64,000 nucleotides of DNA, from NCBI RefSeq assembly GCF_001194135.2, contig NC_068984.1, positions 42,485,042 to 42,549,041 of the forward strand. The letters run 5' to 3'. Shown here piece after piece: positions 14,460 to 28,899 of this stretch. Under the pieces are notes generated by a model. It was not told the origin of the DNA and ran no database searches. It saw nothing but the letters and a program-made list of their open reading frames with translations. Every line of letters begins with the position of its first letter. Position 1 is the stretch's first letter. A program made the translations under genes and the position numbers. This DNA comes from Octopus bimaculoides. Taxonomy: Eukaryota.

Positions 14460-15190
14460 CAGGGTGTTCGGGTCAAATTTGACGAATTTTTGTCTCCTTT
14501 TTTCCAAGAACAGCTTGATGTATAGGTGAATAGTAAACGGCGTTCGAGAGCATAAAGATTAATGTTGTATTTGAGAAAAAGGTAATTGTCATTGAAGGCT
14601 GGAAACCAGCGGAATATTGGAAAACGTAACCTGTGTCATGATGATAAGCGCTGGGTATCAAAATGACGACACCTTAACTGTAGCTCAATGTTCAGTGAAC
14701 ACTTAAAAGGCTATAAGACGTGACCTGGACAGATCCATCTGAGAATACGAAGCTGTGGCCAGCAGGAAGGGACACAGCAAGTGCTCTGACTGCGTCGGTA
14801 CAGCGGTATTGAAAAGAGCCTTTGGCTTAATTCATACGGCTATATGAAACTGCGCGAGATTGTGGTCAAACTTTGGCTGGGGAGGGTTGTTGTTGGAAGG
14901 CTATTCGTGGCAGCAGGATTCAGCTCCTTGCCATACCTCCTGAAAGAATCAGAAGTACTTGTCGGAGAATTTCTACGACTTTGCTAACCCCATTTTTCGA
15001 ACTCCAAATTCGCCCAATTGTAATCCCATGGATTATTATGTGTGAGATGCGATTGAGAAAGACAACCTCTTCACTGTCACACCAAAGCCAAGCTGGGGGC
15101 TTAGGTCAAGGTGCTAATCGATGATCTTCCCAGAGACATTGTGAAGAACGCATACACCAGGTTCGGGCATGTGCATTGTTTGTTTTTGAT
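14460..15190 (+). mobile_element. Decayed Tc1/mariner-superfamily transposon, DD37D (maT) type
   Basis: TA|CAGGGTGTTCGG left end. In-frame WQQDSAPCHTS*...PNSPNCNPMDYYV* with 37 residues between D (14917) and D (15031). Stops present. Confidence 0.8.
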
Positions 15191-15299
15191 TTTGTCAACT
15201 ACACAGTATAGTAGGGTCAGTTGGGCACCATCTGTGAGAAAAAACAGCACTATGACGCAAATCGCCATGCCAGAAATTTGGAAACAGCATGTACTGCTT

Positions 15300-15495
15300 G
15301 GTAGGTGATTACGAAGGTGTTTGGAGTGATCACTAGTGATGGTGACGTTATGGCTTCATTCATTTTCCCACACGGTCTCAGATTCAACACGGAGGCCTAC
15401 ATCAAGTGCCTGAACGAGGTAGTGCTGTCCTGAGTCAAGAGGGTGGCTGTTGAAAGACCCTGTATCTGGCAACAGGACTCTGCACCATGTCACGT
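15300..15495 (+). mobile_element. Second, divergent maT-like transposase fragment
   Basis: VITSDGDVMASFIFPHGLRFNTEAYIKCLNEVVLS*VKRVAVERPCIWQQDSAPCH. Confidence 0.7.
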
Positions 15496-15664
15496 TATAA
15501 TAAAAACAACTTCGAATTAATCTGAGCGGTTACACTACTCTATTATAGAGTACGAATTTATTATTCTTAAACAAGGATATTGTCAAACAAGAATATATAT
15601 GTGTATGTGCGTGCGTGCGTATGTGTGTGTGTGTGTGTGTGTGTTTATTTTACTTATTTCAGTC

Positions 15665-15695
<31 letters not shown>

Positions 15696-16619
15696 TGTAT
15701 GTATGTATGAATGTATGTATGCATGCATGTATGCATGTATGTATGTATTTATGTATGTATGTATGTATGTATCAGAAGAAGATTACAGAAATATGTGAAA
15801 TTAATAGTAACTGATACAATTGTCTTTCTCAGCCATATAATGTTATATATTTTATTGTAAAGTAATAATATTTTTGGAAACAATGCAAATGCCATCTTGA
15901 AACTTCAGACTTCAAAGCCAAGGGAAACAGGTATGTAGTATGTCAGCCTTCTAGAAATAGCAACCACATCTCTTCAACAACGACCTTACGATCTTAAATA
16001 CGCTGTGTCAATAAAAGACAGTACGTCTGTGGCAGAAATACATTTGATCATATATATCCTTGAACAGTTACTAGAACAACATGTTATACATAGTCAAATG
16101 CATGTAACATCAATTATATTATTATTTATACATCTAACCCAGCATGAATACTAAAAGTAGTCAGTAAAATATAATACACCTGTCTATTTGGTGTTATCTT
16201 AAATATTTTGTCTACCAGGTGGCAGGTGTAAGGAGAGCTGATTTGTGCAATTTATCGCAGTTACCAACCAAACTTGTAACAATATGCAGATTATATTCAC
16301 GTACTTGAAAGCTAATTAGCATTTGTGTATGTTTTATGAATATTAATTTCTAGGTAGGAGTATAAGGTCTAAAACAAAATATAGAAATTTAAATAGCCAC
16401 CAACCTTCCTTTACGTTGCTTATGTCATATCATTGAGTGTTTGGGATATAATGCGACAATGACTCATTCCAAGAAAAATTTGTTTTACTCTATGTAAACG
16501 TCTCGACCTTTAGTGCTAATGGGTGATTGGAATATCATCTTAGACATTCGCTTAGATTGTGTGAGGCTAGCTGTTAGAAAAGTGGTGATTTGCCCTAAAA
16601 AGAGAAATTGAAGTAGAAT

Positions 16620-19170
16620 GAATTATGTTTAGTAAGGCATCAGCGACAGAAAGAAGTAGAATAGATTGAAACTTAGAAACTTAGAAGAGCCGCTCAGGAA
16701 AGGCGTTGCAATCAACGTACTGGCGAAATTGACTCTGGACCAATTCAACGCTAAGCACGAAGGATATAAAAATGAGGAAACGGAAGCCGCTCAACGGGAC
16801 CGAGAGGTAGAGGTAAAACGTGGCAACAAATCCACAATTCGGTCTTTGGTGGACCAAACTAGGCGCACAGCATTCGAGCCCGAGACGTTGTGTACGGCAT
16901 TTCAACAGCATGTTGCGCGGCTGTTTGGGACAAATGTCAGACCGTATGCAAGAGGGAGGAACATTACGAAATGCCGATAACAACTGCGGAAATACATGAT
17001 GAGATGATGGGCTGCACAGAGGGTAAATGGTTTGGTTTGGATGGTCTGCTCCGTGAGCTATACTTTTACATGTCAGACTTGTTTGGCAGCCTGTTAACCG
17101 ATATCTACCTCAACTGGCAGCAGAACAGGAGAATTCCTAATTCTCTGAGTCAAGGGGCGGTAGCACTGCTGAGAAAGAACACAAACAATGGGGATTAATG
17201 GAAAATTTTAGGCACGTAACGTAGACTTCAAAATTTGAACCAAGGTTTTAGCATATAGGTTGGCGCTTGTTGTCAAGGAACTGATTTGTGATGCGCAAAC
17301 ATGCGAAATCTCAAGCAGATTAATGCTCGACAACCTCCACCTCATACAATACATCATAGGCAGAGTGGATAGAGGAGTTGGCATGGGTTGAGCCCAAATC
17401 AATTGGGATCAATCTGAAGCCTTTGATAAGGTCGACCACCAATACTTGGCAGCCGTTCTCACAGTGGCCCGATGTTTTCCGTGGCTGTATCGATGCAATG
17501 TACAGCGACATCTACTCGGTAGTTCAGATGAACGGTTACCTATTGGAACCATTCAGTATCATGCGTTCGGTCCGTCAAGGGTGTCTACTCTCGTCTCTTC
17601 TGTATGTACCGGCTCTAGAGACACTACTATAGAAATTGGAGACGTTGAGAAGCATCTCGCGCGAACTAGGACGTGGGAGAACCGTGTCAGCATACGCAGA
17701 CAACGTCACCATCATAGTGTCGGAATCTAGGCGCATAAATCTGGTCAGCACTGCTGTAAGAGACTACGATTTGGTGAGAGGAGCAAAAATTAACCAAGAA
17801 AAGCCAGTGGCCTACAGCTTAGAGTCTGGTTTGGTCCGGATCTCCAGGTAGAGAAGTACTTGAACTACGTGACGAGCAGGGTGGCCAATCACACCTAGAA
17901 ATGCGATGAGAGAAAGCCATCCCTAAAACGTCGGGCAGAAGAGGTAAATACATTGACTTCGCTATATCTTATCGACTTACCACCGTGCCTTGCCCATGCG
18001 TACGTGTAACCAAACTGGAGTGCATACTCTTCCGCTTTCTGCAGAAGGGACGCGTTCCACTGGTCAGGCGCTCCATTTGATGTCAACTCTTACTGAATGG
18101 AGAGCTGGACATGCCGTGGCTGCTGATTCTCGGAGATGAGCTGAGGCTATGACATCAGCGCTTCCTTGAGGATGTGCAGGTGTGATCGTCGTTTGTCAGA
18201 CAGGATTTTTACAGCTCGTCTCCTTGTGCTGCTGTCCTGGATCGAGCTTAGACCGAGGCAGGGTGCGTGGCATCTAGAGTGTTATCAGGTGCTCATAATC
18301 CTCTGTCAGTAGAGCAATTCGGTCGGTGGAAGTTCCACTCTGGCGTTCTATAGAGGGTTAGTAGCAGGGAAATGCGATGACGTTCTTCAGGAGAATCTGG
18401 ATGTCGACAAGAATAAACTAACTTCTTTGTTCCGGAGGACTTTCCTGCTGGGGCTAATGGATTATTTCCAGAAATCCTTGACCTCTCAATGATACTGGGA
18501 AGCATTACCGGTTTGGAATAAACTCCACAGACATGGAAGTGTAATCAGCCGAGCTTACCAGAGATGCGCGCAGAACGACGAAACTGCACGCTCTCGTATT
18601 GCTGTGGGCTTATGTCGAACACTTGCTATCACGTGTAGGACGGAACCAGCTTTCGATTGAGTCCGTTGTGGAGAAGGTCCCGCCACCTCCATTGATCAGC
18701 AAGGGCAGGCAGTTTTTATTTGTGTGGCAGTCTTAGTGAAAGACGTTGTGGTGGACCTTATTGAAACGGTTGAAGACAGATACTTTCCTCTTTTCTAACT
18801 CCTCATCAATTATTTCGAGTTTCACATGAAAAGGAAAGTGAGAGTAGAGTGGGAAGTGTTGCCTCCTTGCAATTTTGCTGAAAGGCTGGTGAATGTGGGC
18901 AGAACGATCTGAGTGAACGGGCCTACGCTAAGTACGCGTCTATAGTCGATAAGGATAGGGCACTGGCTCTACTGGTCAGGGTGTCCGAGGTTTTCTGGGG
19001 TTTCCACGAGCAGTCCTTGAAAGTCACCCTCTTTCGGCAAATTTTTCATTGTTATAATTTATTTTATAATTTTCAGTTTACACGCTCCATTTTATGTAAC
19101 CCTACTGAGTATCGTCTTGTACCGGTCCCCAATGTTATTTTTTATGAACCTTTAGTGGTGAATAAATAAA
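16620..19170 (+). mobile_element. 5'-truncated, frameshifted L1/Tx1-clade LINE
   Basis: RT motifs GLDGL..ELY, DQSEAFDKVDH, RSVRQGCLLSSLLYV, YADNVT and GAKIN spread over shifted frames. Degenerate C-terminal RCAQNDET. AATAAA near 19161. Confidence 0.85.
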
Positions 19171-19171
19171 C

Positions 19172-19176
19172 CATCA

Positions 19177-19249
<73 letters not shown>

Positions 19250-19277
19250 CATCATCATCATCATCATCATCATTATT
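19172..19277. repeat. (ATC)n/(ATT)n compound microsatellite
   Basis: Direct reading. Confidence 0.95.
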
Positions 19278-19817
19278 GAGCGAGTGAGCAGTGCAAGCCA
19301 TGAAAGTGAGAATGGGGTAAAATATACGAAGCCCAGTATAAGCATCATGAACTAACCGTCTGATAAAGGTACACGAGGCACATGCATCACAACCATATGT
19401 GCGCGACATGGCGATCTCATATCAAGATAAACAGCGCATGATCTTGCATATGGGGACCCAGTTAAAATTTTCTTAAGGTCGAGTAGCTCATCCTGCTCAA
19501 ATGGTCCTTGAATAAGGGTTCTTTAAGGATGTTGAACGAAACAACCATGTTTCCACAGGTGAATTATTCCTCTCAACACATAGCTATGATGCTCCCCCAC
19601 TACTTCTGCTCATGATCAGAGATGCACATATCGTCAGCCACCAAGGGACATGCTCAACTGGTTAAGGTCAAACAAATAACAGCCAAATCTGTGGCGTTGA
19701 GCAGAATATTTGCTGTAGCCAATCTTTTATACCAAGACAAAACAATGTTCATGATAACACTTCTAATCAGTTAAGATCAGAAGCCATGAGAGCCATTGCC
19801 TGATACTGTATCAGAGC
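19278..19817. mobile_element. Unclassified ~540-bp non-coding interspersed element bounded by (ATT)n
   Basis: Complex sequence with ATT repeats at both ends, no convincing ORF and no tRNA head seen. Confidence 0.5.
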
Positions 19818-19849
19818 TATTATTATTAGTATTCTAATTATTATTATTA

Positions 19850-21260
19850 CCTTTGAACAGCTTTTAACGCTGGAGACATACTACGGTGTCAGCTGTTCAA
19901 TACCAGTGAACTAAGGTAACACCTCTTATTTTTCGAGCACCTTCCGGAGTATTCGAGCGCTCCCGAGCAGTGCTGTTTTCTGCAAGTGCTCCACTCTTAT
20001 TTCAGCCCCTATTTGTTCCATGTAATTCTCGAAATTTTTACTCACTGTTCTCAGGGCTCCGACAATAATTGCTACCACTACCGCCTTTTTCATCGACCAC
20101 AACTGCTTTACCTCCCAAGCTAAACTGTCACACCTATCGACTTTTCTTTCTTTCTTATCGCTTACCTTGTTGTCAGCTGGACATGCTATATCTATGATCC
20201 AACATAGTTTGGCATCTTTCTCAATTATTACTATGTCTAGCTACATATTCTCTATCTCATGGTCACACTGAATCATAAAATCCTACAGGATCTTTGCATT
20301 ATCATTTTCGATGATGCCTTCGGGTTTGTGGTCATACTAATTTTTAGATTCTGCACTTGTCACTTTCTGATGTGTTGTCTACTCAGTATTTTATGTAGTT
20401 TGTTCTTAGTGCTTGCTCTTAGGCAGCACAGATTAAAGCCTCCGTTTCCGGTTTTAAATCACTTTTAGTCATCCACAGCCATCTTTGTTTTTCTGTCTGT
20501 CTTATTATCTTCAACATCACTATGAAATTGTCCATGCATTCTTTTCTTTACCCATCTATTTTCAGTTTCAATCGTTTTCAATTGCTTGTACAGTGCTTTA
20601 TCTTTGCAATCTTTCATCCTATACAAGCCTGACCTTCTTGCTTCTAATAATAACGGTTCTGTGGCATTTTTTTACATACCATGCTATGTTGTTTTCTACT
20701 GCTCTAATGCTGTGTTCGCATCCAATAAGTCCTCTTACCCCTCTTTTTCTTGGTACATATAGTCTGACTGTGCCATTTTTAGGTGGAGTGTTCCATATCT
20801 AGTTAGCAACTTCCTTGTCTTTCTGTCTAAGCAGTTTAGTTCGTCTACTATCCATGTGATTACCCCTGCTCCATATCTAAGGAGTGAAACCGCCCAGGTG
20901 TTGATAGCTTCGATCTTATTCTGTACGTTTAATTTCGACTTCAGGATCAGTCTCAGTCTGCGCAAGTACTCCACCATAAATTTTTCTGTCATTTGTTTCT
21001 CCATCAATTTCTCCATTTCCAAAATCCCCAAGTACTTATAACCCGTCTCTTCTATCTGCTTCATAACCTCCCCCGACGGTATCGATAGCCCATCCATACA
21101 TTTGATTTTGTCTCTCTTCAAGACCAACACACCACACTTTCTCAGTCCGAACTCTATTCTGATATCAGCACTGAAGGTATACACCGTATCAACGAGGGAA
21201 CTAACTTAGGCTTCATCTTCACCATAAAGTTTGTGATCATCCATGAACAACAAATGGTTA
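19850..21260 (-). mobile_element. 5'-truncated R4/Dong-clade non-LTR retrotransposon (RT plus restriction-like endonuclease), inactivated
   Basis: FMDD at 21236-21247, FGLRKC, YKYLG, NKIEAINTWA, then RLE region IL*DFMIQCDH..IIDIACPAD..KKEEK and C-terminal LQKTALLGSARILRKVLEK* (stop at 19926-19928). Flanked by (TAA)n on both sides. Confidence 0.8.
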
Positions 21261-21280
21261 TGGTAACTAATGGTAACTAA

Positions 21281-21331
21281 TTATTATTATTATTATTATT
21301 ATTATTATTGTTATTATTATTATTATTATTA
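21281..21331. repeat. (ATT)n microsatellite at the 5' junction of the Dong element
   Basis: Direct reading. Confidence 0.95.
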
Positions 21332-21464
21332 ATTTACGATTTCTAATTGTAGCACAAGGTCACAAAAATATATATAGATAATTCAGTAATTATTAATCAT
21401 ACTCAAGTTTTAAATGGTACGTCATTTCATACGAGCCAAATAATCACTATATTATATATGCATA

Positions 21465-21467
21465 TAT

Positions 21468-21538
<71 letters not shown>

Positions 21539-22028
21539 CACATATATATATACATATATACATACATACATACATACATACATACATACAGATATATGGA
21601 GTGAGGGATAATTAGGAAGACAGATAAATAGATATAGATATAAAAGTAGATATATCGAGGTGTAATGACATCATTGCTTGTCTCTCAATCAGCAATCAGG
21701 TTTATTGGCAAATCTCCATCATTTCGAAACATATGTCAGTCAGAGTGACTCAATTACACTTACAGGTGTATCCGTGTTCATGATATGACTCACCTGATAA
21801 ACTACACTAATAACTTGACACCGATTAATTCATTGAAGGTCAATATTAGAAGAAAAACAAGTCGAATGTTTATCTTGCACTCTACATATGCTGTGAATTA
21901 GGAAGTTACCATAACACATATCACACCATGTTTCAATATTATACATTTACACCTCATACGCACATGCATATTTACATACTTACATACATATATATATGTG
22001 TGTGTGTGTATGTATGTATGTATGTATG

Positions 22029-22064
<36 letters not shown>

Positions 22065-22229
22065 GTGTCTGTGTTTGTGTGCAGCCAGTACACAGTTATA
22101 TATGTATTACACTTTAGCATACAAGATCACATGCATTAATCTTTTTTTATCCATGACATATCTGTGTATGCTTCCCACCGCACTCTCTATCACTCTCTCT
22201 TTCTCTCTTTCTCTCTTTCTCTCTCTCTA

Positions 22230-22290
<61 letters not shown>

Positions 22291-22665
22291 CTTTCTCTCT
22301 CTTGCTCTCTCACACTCTCTCTTTCTTTATATGATTCTGAACGAGGTGTGTAATTAACACAAACTCACTTAAATGACATCTGAAGCAAAATACTACGACT
22401 AGCGTTGTTGTGCGTTCGTCTGTCTGTTGCCTCACTTTACACCTGCTATTACTCTCTACTACGGTTTTGAGCACTCTTTCTTTCGAAAGTCAGAACTAAA
22501 CCTGTATAAACATAAGTGTGTGTGTGTATATATTAGTCCGTGTGTGTTTGTGTATGTGTGTATCTATGTATTTATGTTTCTATGTCTGTATGTGTGTATG
22601 TATGTATGTACCTATGTATGTATGTGTGTGTGTATGTATGTATGGGTGAGAGACAGAGATGAAAC

Positions 22666-22716
<51 letters not shown>

Positions 22717-23023
22717 GAGAGTAAGAGCAACAGACAGATACATTATAACTGTTACTGAGTGATGGTTACATAATCCTCATATAAATATAAGTATATTTAT
22801 GTATGTATGTACGTACATACATACTTACATACATACTTACATATATACATACATACAAACAAACGTACGTACATACATACTTTCATACATACATACTTAC
22901 ATACATACATATTATGTAAGTATGTATGTAATTATGTATGTATATATGTAAGTATGTATGTAAATATGTACGGAAGTATGTATGTATGTATATATGTATG
23001 TATGTAAATATGTATGTATGTAC
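21465..23023. repeat. Microsatellite-rich block: (CA)n, (TACA)n, (CT)n, (GA)n, (TATG)n
   Basis: Direct reading, with short unique spacers between tracts. Confidence 0.9.
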
Positions 23024-24112
23024 NNNNNNNNNNNNNNNNNNNNNNNNNNNNNNNNNNNNNNNNNNNNNNNNNNNNNNNNNNNNNNNNNNNNNNNNNNNNN
23101 NNNNNNNNNNNNNNNNNNNNNNNNNNNNNNNNNNNNNNNNNNNNNNNNNNNNNNNNNNNNNNNNNNNNNNNNNNNNNNNNNNNNNNNNNNNNNNNNNNNN
23201 NNNNNNNNNNNNNNNNNNNNNNNNNNNNNNNNNNNNNNNNNNNNNNNNNNNNNNNNNNNNNNNNNNNNNNNNNNNNNNNNNNNNNNNNNNNNNNNNNNNN
23301 NNNNNNNNNNNNNNNNNNNNNNNNNNNNNNNNNNNNNNNNNNNNNNNNNNNNNNNNNNNNNNNNNNNNNNNNNNNNNNNNNNNNNNNNNNNNNNNNNNNN
23401 NNNNNNNNNNNNNNNNNNNNNNNNNNNNNNNNNNNNNNNNNNNNNNNNNNNNNNNNNNNNNNNNNNNNNNNNNNNNNNNNNNNNNNNNNNNNNNNNNNNN
23501 NNNNNNNNNNNNNNNNNNNNNNNNNNNNNNNNNNNNNNNNNNNNNNNNNNNNNNNNNNNNNNNNNNNNNNNNNNNNNNNNNNNNNNNNNNNNNNNNNNNN
23601 NNNNNNNNNNNNNNNNNNNNNNNNNNNNNNNNNNNNNNNNNNNNNNNNNNNNNNNNNNNNNNNNNNNNNNNNNNNNNNNNNNNNNNNNNNNNNNNNNNNN
23701 NNNNNNNNNNNNNNNNNNNNNNNNNNNNNNNNNNNNNNNNNNNNNNNNNNNNNNNNNNNNNNNNNNNNNNNNNNNNNNNNNNNNNNNNNNNNNNNNNNNN
23801 NNNNNNNNNNNNNNNNNNNNNNNNNNNNNNNNNNNNTTATGTAGTCGGCACTTAATGTATATCGGCTGAATGGACGTCAGTGATTGGTTGAAATTATCGA
23901 AATAAGACAATTTTTTACATGAAATAAATTCGAATACAAAAATATTTTTCTGTTCTATAACACAAAATAGATAAGTATACGAAGTTTGAAAGTCTTTCGG
24001 TACCAAAAACACTACGTAAAACATTAATGAAAAATGTGGCCCCCGTTTTAAAAAAGATCCCTTCTCTCTGTATCTTTGACTCCCATTCACTCTGTCTTTG
24101 TCTGTCTCTGTC

Positions 24113-24159
<47 letters not shown>

Positions 24160-26522
24160 TTGCCATTATCAACACCAACGTCACCGCTGAAGTCTCTGCC
24201 AATAGTCGCTACCGTAACTACCAATTGTTCCTTACTCTATTGGACTTACCTCCCTTATTGTGACACTAAACACATGCTCGCAGGTAGAAACGTATCAACG
24301 TATATACATATAAATTATTGGTGTAATACATGTTGTGTTCTGTCAAATGATTTTAGCTAAATAATTTTCCAGGCAACGTAACTTTCGTTCATGTAATAGT
24401 ATTTCTTATTTATTAGATGCTGCGTGAATCATTTTTATTACATTGAATTATTTGTGTGCATTGTTGTATAGTTTGGTCAACTGATTGATATATATATATA
24501 ACATTTATGGAAGAGGGTATGTTTTAACTAGAGTATGTTTCCTTAGCAAGAGTATATTCTGTTAGCAAGAGTATATTCTGCGTTTTGTTGATTAGCAGAC
24601 AGTTTATTGTTTAGCATTAAACTGATTTAGCTTTGTAGTCCTTTGTTCGTGGAGAAGAATCTAACATCCGTGTACATATTTTATAGCTGATATTCACGAT
24701 CTCCACACGTGTATAAGTATTTATTGGTTGTTTTACCGTTTGAGGAAATATAAAAATCCTTAAATAAACCTTTAAACCTGAAAAATAGTCGTATTTCCAA
24801 ATATATCATTTTGCTATCAAGATTAATACTTGTTCACTCTCGCTTTTATTTTCTCTCTTCTCTCTCTCCTCTTTGTATTTATATACTTATGCGTATGTGC
24901 ATGCGTATGCATGCTCTTATCAGGGACAACATTTCAATACAGAAGAAAGTTTTCGATTTCTAGTCGCAGAAATGTTAAACAGCAAAAAGGCGGATTACTT
25001 GAAAGTAATGCGCCTTATAAACAGTAGCGTCGGTGTCAGAGTTTGGTTTTAAATAACACTTGCGTTCTTCACTGGACTGGTTAAAGATTATGGTTTGCAA
25101 AATTTAAAAAATGGTTTGTAAAATATGAATAACAAAAAATATGGATACCAAACAATCGTAATCTTATTCTGTATAAATTTAGGATGTTGTGAATAAGAAA
25201 CTAACAGATTTTACAAATCACATTATTTGTGTTATGCAATGTAAGCTAAATTAATCAAAAGGAAACGTGGTTAAATTCTCATACTCAGCCACTCACAATT
25301 TTGCACAATCAATCGCCTCTTCAGATGCAATCAAACTATAAACTAAGCGAACTATCCACATAATTGCACTTACACAAGTAAGCAACCACTGCTCCTTCAG
25401 GGAATGGAAACTAACAAAAAATTTTCTCTACAAAGCTAATGTGAACAATGATCCATTGTCTCGACCTTTTGTTGGTTAATTGCGAATAAATTTTTAAAAA
25501 GATTTTGCGGCATACATTTTCATTTAATCACAGATATACACTTCACTGTCAAAGTACGAGTGGATGCTGAAAAATTGTAGCATAAATTTAAATATTTTTT
25601 AAAATATTCTATTAAGAGACAGACCATTCGATCAAAATGAAGAAAACCGTGTCTGGAATGCGAATTAGAGGAGACTGTTACCTAGAGATACCTCACCAGT
25701 TTTGTTTTTCATTGAAATAAACGGGATACTTTCATTTCCAATTCAAATTTCCTTTGCTCCTAATTTAGATATAATGCTGTTTTATTTTTATTCAAAATTC
25801 CTGAAATGTCTTGATCCTTCTTTGGTTGAAAGTCTCGATGCTAATATTTAAGCAAACCAATCCAGTAACACAGTGGTTACCTATTTGAGGGTCAGGTTTC
25901 TTTAATCGTATTCACGCAATGGCAGATCTTTCAAATAATTTCAATTTTTGCAATTAATTTGCTGTCCTCTTCCTTTCCAAGTTTTGCACACTCATTAATT
26001 AACAGTACCAAAATCATGCCCACCAAATGTTTTTAAATATATGCAATTATGTAAATTTAGATTTAAAAGGATGTCCGCAACCACTCGGAATTATGAATAT
26101 ATCACAATTTATGGAATTATGAATATATCGTAATTTCTATCAACTCCATCACTTCACAGTTTATTAAATTTTGGCTGACCAGCAAGCATGGTCAACAGTA
26201 GAGTTTCTTTTTCTGCTAAGCTGATGCCTTTGTACACTCAGTTTGATCATACCATCTGGTTTGAACAGAATTCGTGTCTAATTTAGTTTTCAGTAGAGAA
26301 CTAGATTGGCCTGATTTAACAATTTCTCGCATTTTGTTTTGTTTTTTGCTTTGTTTTGTGCTTTTCAGCAATATTTCTTTGCGCGATATCGTTCGTTATT
26401 ATGCGTAAATTTATTTTTATTTCATCAAAAGTCTACATGTGTTTCTGACACCTAAACTTTTCATAAAATATATACAAATTTAGCAAACCATGAATATATA
26501 TATATATATATATATAATTATT

Positions 26523-26557
<35 letters not shown>

Positions 26558-26976
26558 CAAAACAATTTGATTCGGCTCCATGCGACTTAAAATTTTGCAG
26601 TCTTCTAACAGAAACCTAGCTCGTGGAGGCTCGGATTACTGAATGCAAAAATACAAGAAGTCCAAGGCTGCTACAGGAAAATGGGCTGCTATTCGTGATA
26701 CTTATGTGTATATAAACATGTGTGTGTGTGTGTGTGTGCGTGCGTGCGCGTGTGTGTGTGTGCGTGTGCGCGTGTGTGCATGCGTGTGTGTTTTTATATA
26801 CATGCATACATACATAAACGTTAGCTAGGATGACAAATCCTCTCATCAAGATAAACCGTAGCAATGTCACCAGTAAGTGAAGACATGCGACAGACATGTA
26901 CGCAGCCCAGTTCCTTCATTCTGGCGATACATTAAAATAATAATTATTATTTAATCCATTATTATAATTATAATAA

Positions 26977-27432
26977 TGGTTTAAATTTTTGATACAAGGA
27001 CATGGAATTTAAGGAAAGGTTAAGTCGATTACATCGACCTTAATGTTCAGCTGATGCTTATTTTTTCGACCCTCAAAATTTGAAAGGTAAAGTTGCCCTT
27101 GGCTCGCGCACTCACACCATTTATTTCATTCGTTATAAATTCTCTGAACAATATCTATAAAATGAAAGTTAGATTCCAAGTATAAACAAGACGAATGTTG
27201 GATAGCATTTATGTCGTGGAGTGTAACATAGATTCAAGGACAGTAATTATTTAGAGGAGGTAGTCAATACCAGCATTCCTAGTACTTAGAATGGGACTTT
27301 ATTATATTGACCCCGAAAGAATGGAAGGCAAAGTTGATCTCAGCGGGATTTGAGCTCGGAATATAAAGCGCCGGAAAAATACAGAAAAGCATTTTCTTCG
27401 ACGCTCTAAAGTGTTTGCCAGCTCGCCGCCTT
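26977..27432 (-). mobile_element. Two decayed copies of SINE family C (26977-27103, 27253-27432)
   Basis: gtcgattacatcgacc, gaaaggcaaagttgatctc and gccagctcgccgcc blocks shared with the 52 kb copy. Confidence 0.65.
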
Positions 27433-28421
27433 AGGATAGTATTTAGAAAATAGTAACAGTAAAGAGCACCATACTGAATTTAATATGTCTTTAGAATTAC
27501 ATTTATTAAATAAATTTGCATAACATATATTAGACGGTCCCGCTTTTCTCTTGATAAGGCGACTACTTCATGATTACATATACGAATGTTATTCTATAAT
27601 CTGGTTGGTGAACTTGTAGGCTTTGAAGAAATTGTCCATAAATATTATCTTTCTCACCGATTTAACATGAAACATTCTCAACGGCTAAACATGAGTTTTA
27701 TTTTCAGTTCCAAAAAGTTATGTCAGGAATGTATTTGGGTGAAGTTTTTGACTGGAATGGTCCAACATATGTATCCATTTTGTATATGTCCATGTATGTA
27801 TGTATGTATGTATATATGTATGTATGCATGCATGCATGAGTTTGTGCATGTGTGTACGTATGTGTGATGCACACATTTATGTATATGTGTGTTTCTGTGC
27901 GTGGAAGTGAATATACGTGTGTGTCTACTTGTGCGAATGTGTCAGCATGTATCTTGAGTAAACAAGACCATATGCATATACGCATATACCACACTTGTAA
28001 ATAGAATATACATGTATGCATAAAAAGAGGAGCGAGAGATAGAGATAACGAGAGAGTGACAGAGACTTACAGGAGAAAAGGTATAGACATAGATGTTCAT
28101 GCAAACACACACAAACGCGCGCGCTACGCATAGCATAGAGTCTCTGATATATAACACTAATACAGAGGCATGAACAACTTTAATTAGCTGAGGCAGACCT
28201 TGAAACTAAGGAACAAATTCCTCCACTAAGAGTGTTTAAAATATATGAAAAAGCTGTATACGATAATAATAAATCCATTACTATCAACCAATTCAAAAAT
28301 CTTGGATTTTGTCTTGAAAACCAACTGGAGAAAGCAACAGGCAGATTTCATTCTTCTTTGATTGCAACGGTAAAATGTATACCTTTAATTGGTTGTGTTT
28401 GTATATGTGTGTGAATGTATT

Positions 28422-28545
<124 letters not shown>

Positions 28546-28616
28546 TCTATCTAATCTGTCTGTCTATCTATAAAGATAGATACACACACATATATGTGTG
28601 TGCGCGTGTGTGTGTG

Positions 28617-28899
28617 AAGGTGCGTGGTTTAGTTGTTAGGGGATTGCACGCATAATCTCTAGATTATGGGTTCGATTCCCAGACCGGGTGATGCGTTCCA
28701 CTCTTGAATAAAACACTTTATTTCACTTTCTACCAGTTGATTCAACTCTAAATGGGTGAGCCTGCGACGGAACAGCCTTCCAATCATGGAGAATGTTAGC
28801 CTGCTGACCTAACCAGCTGAGTAGCGCTATTCGGAAGCTAAAACAATGCGAAGCGCATTATGAACCGTGATGTACAACACTCGATAGTCTGGTTGTTAC

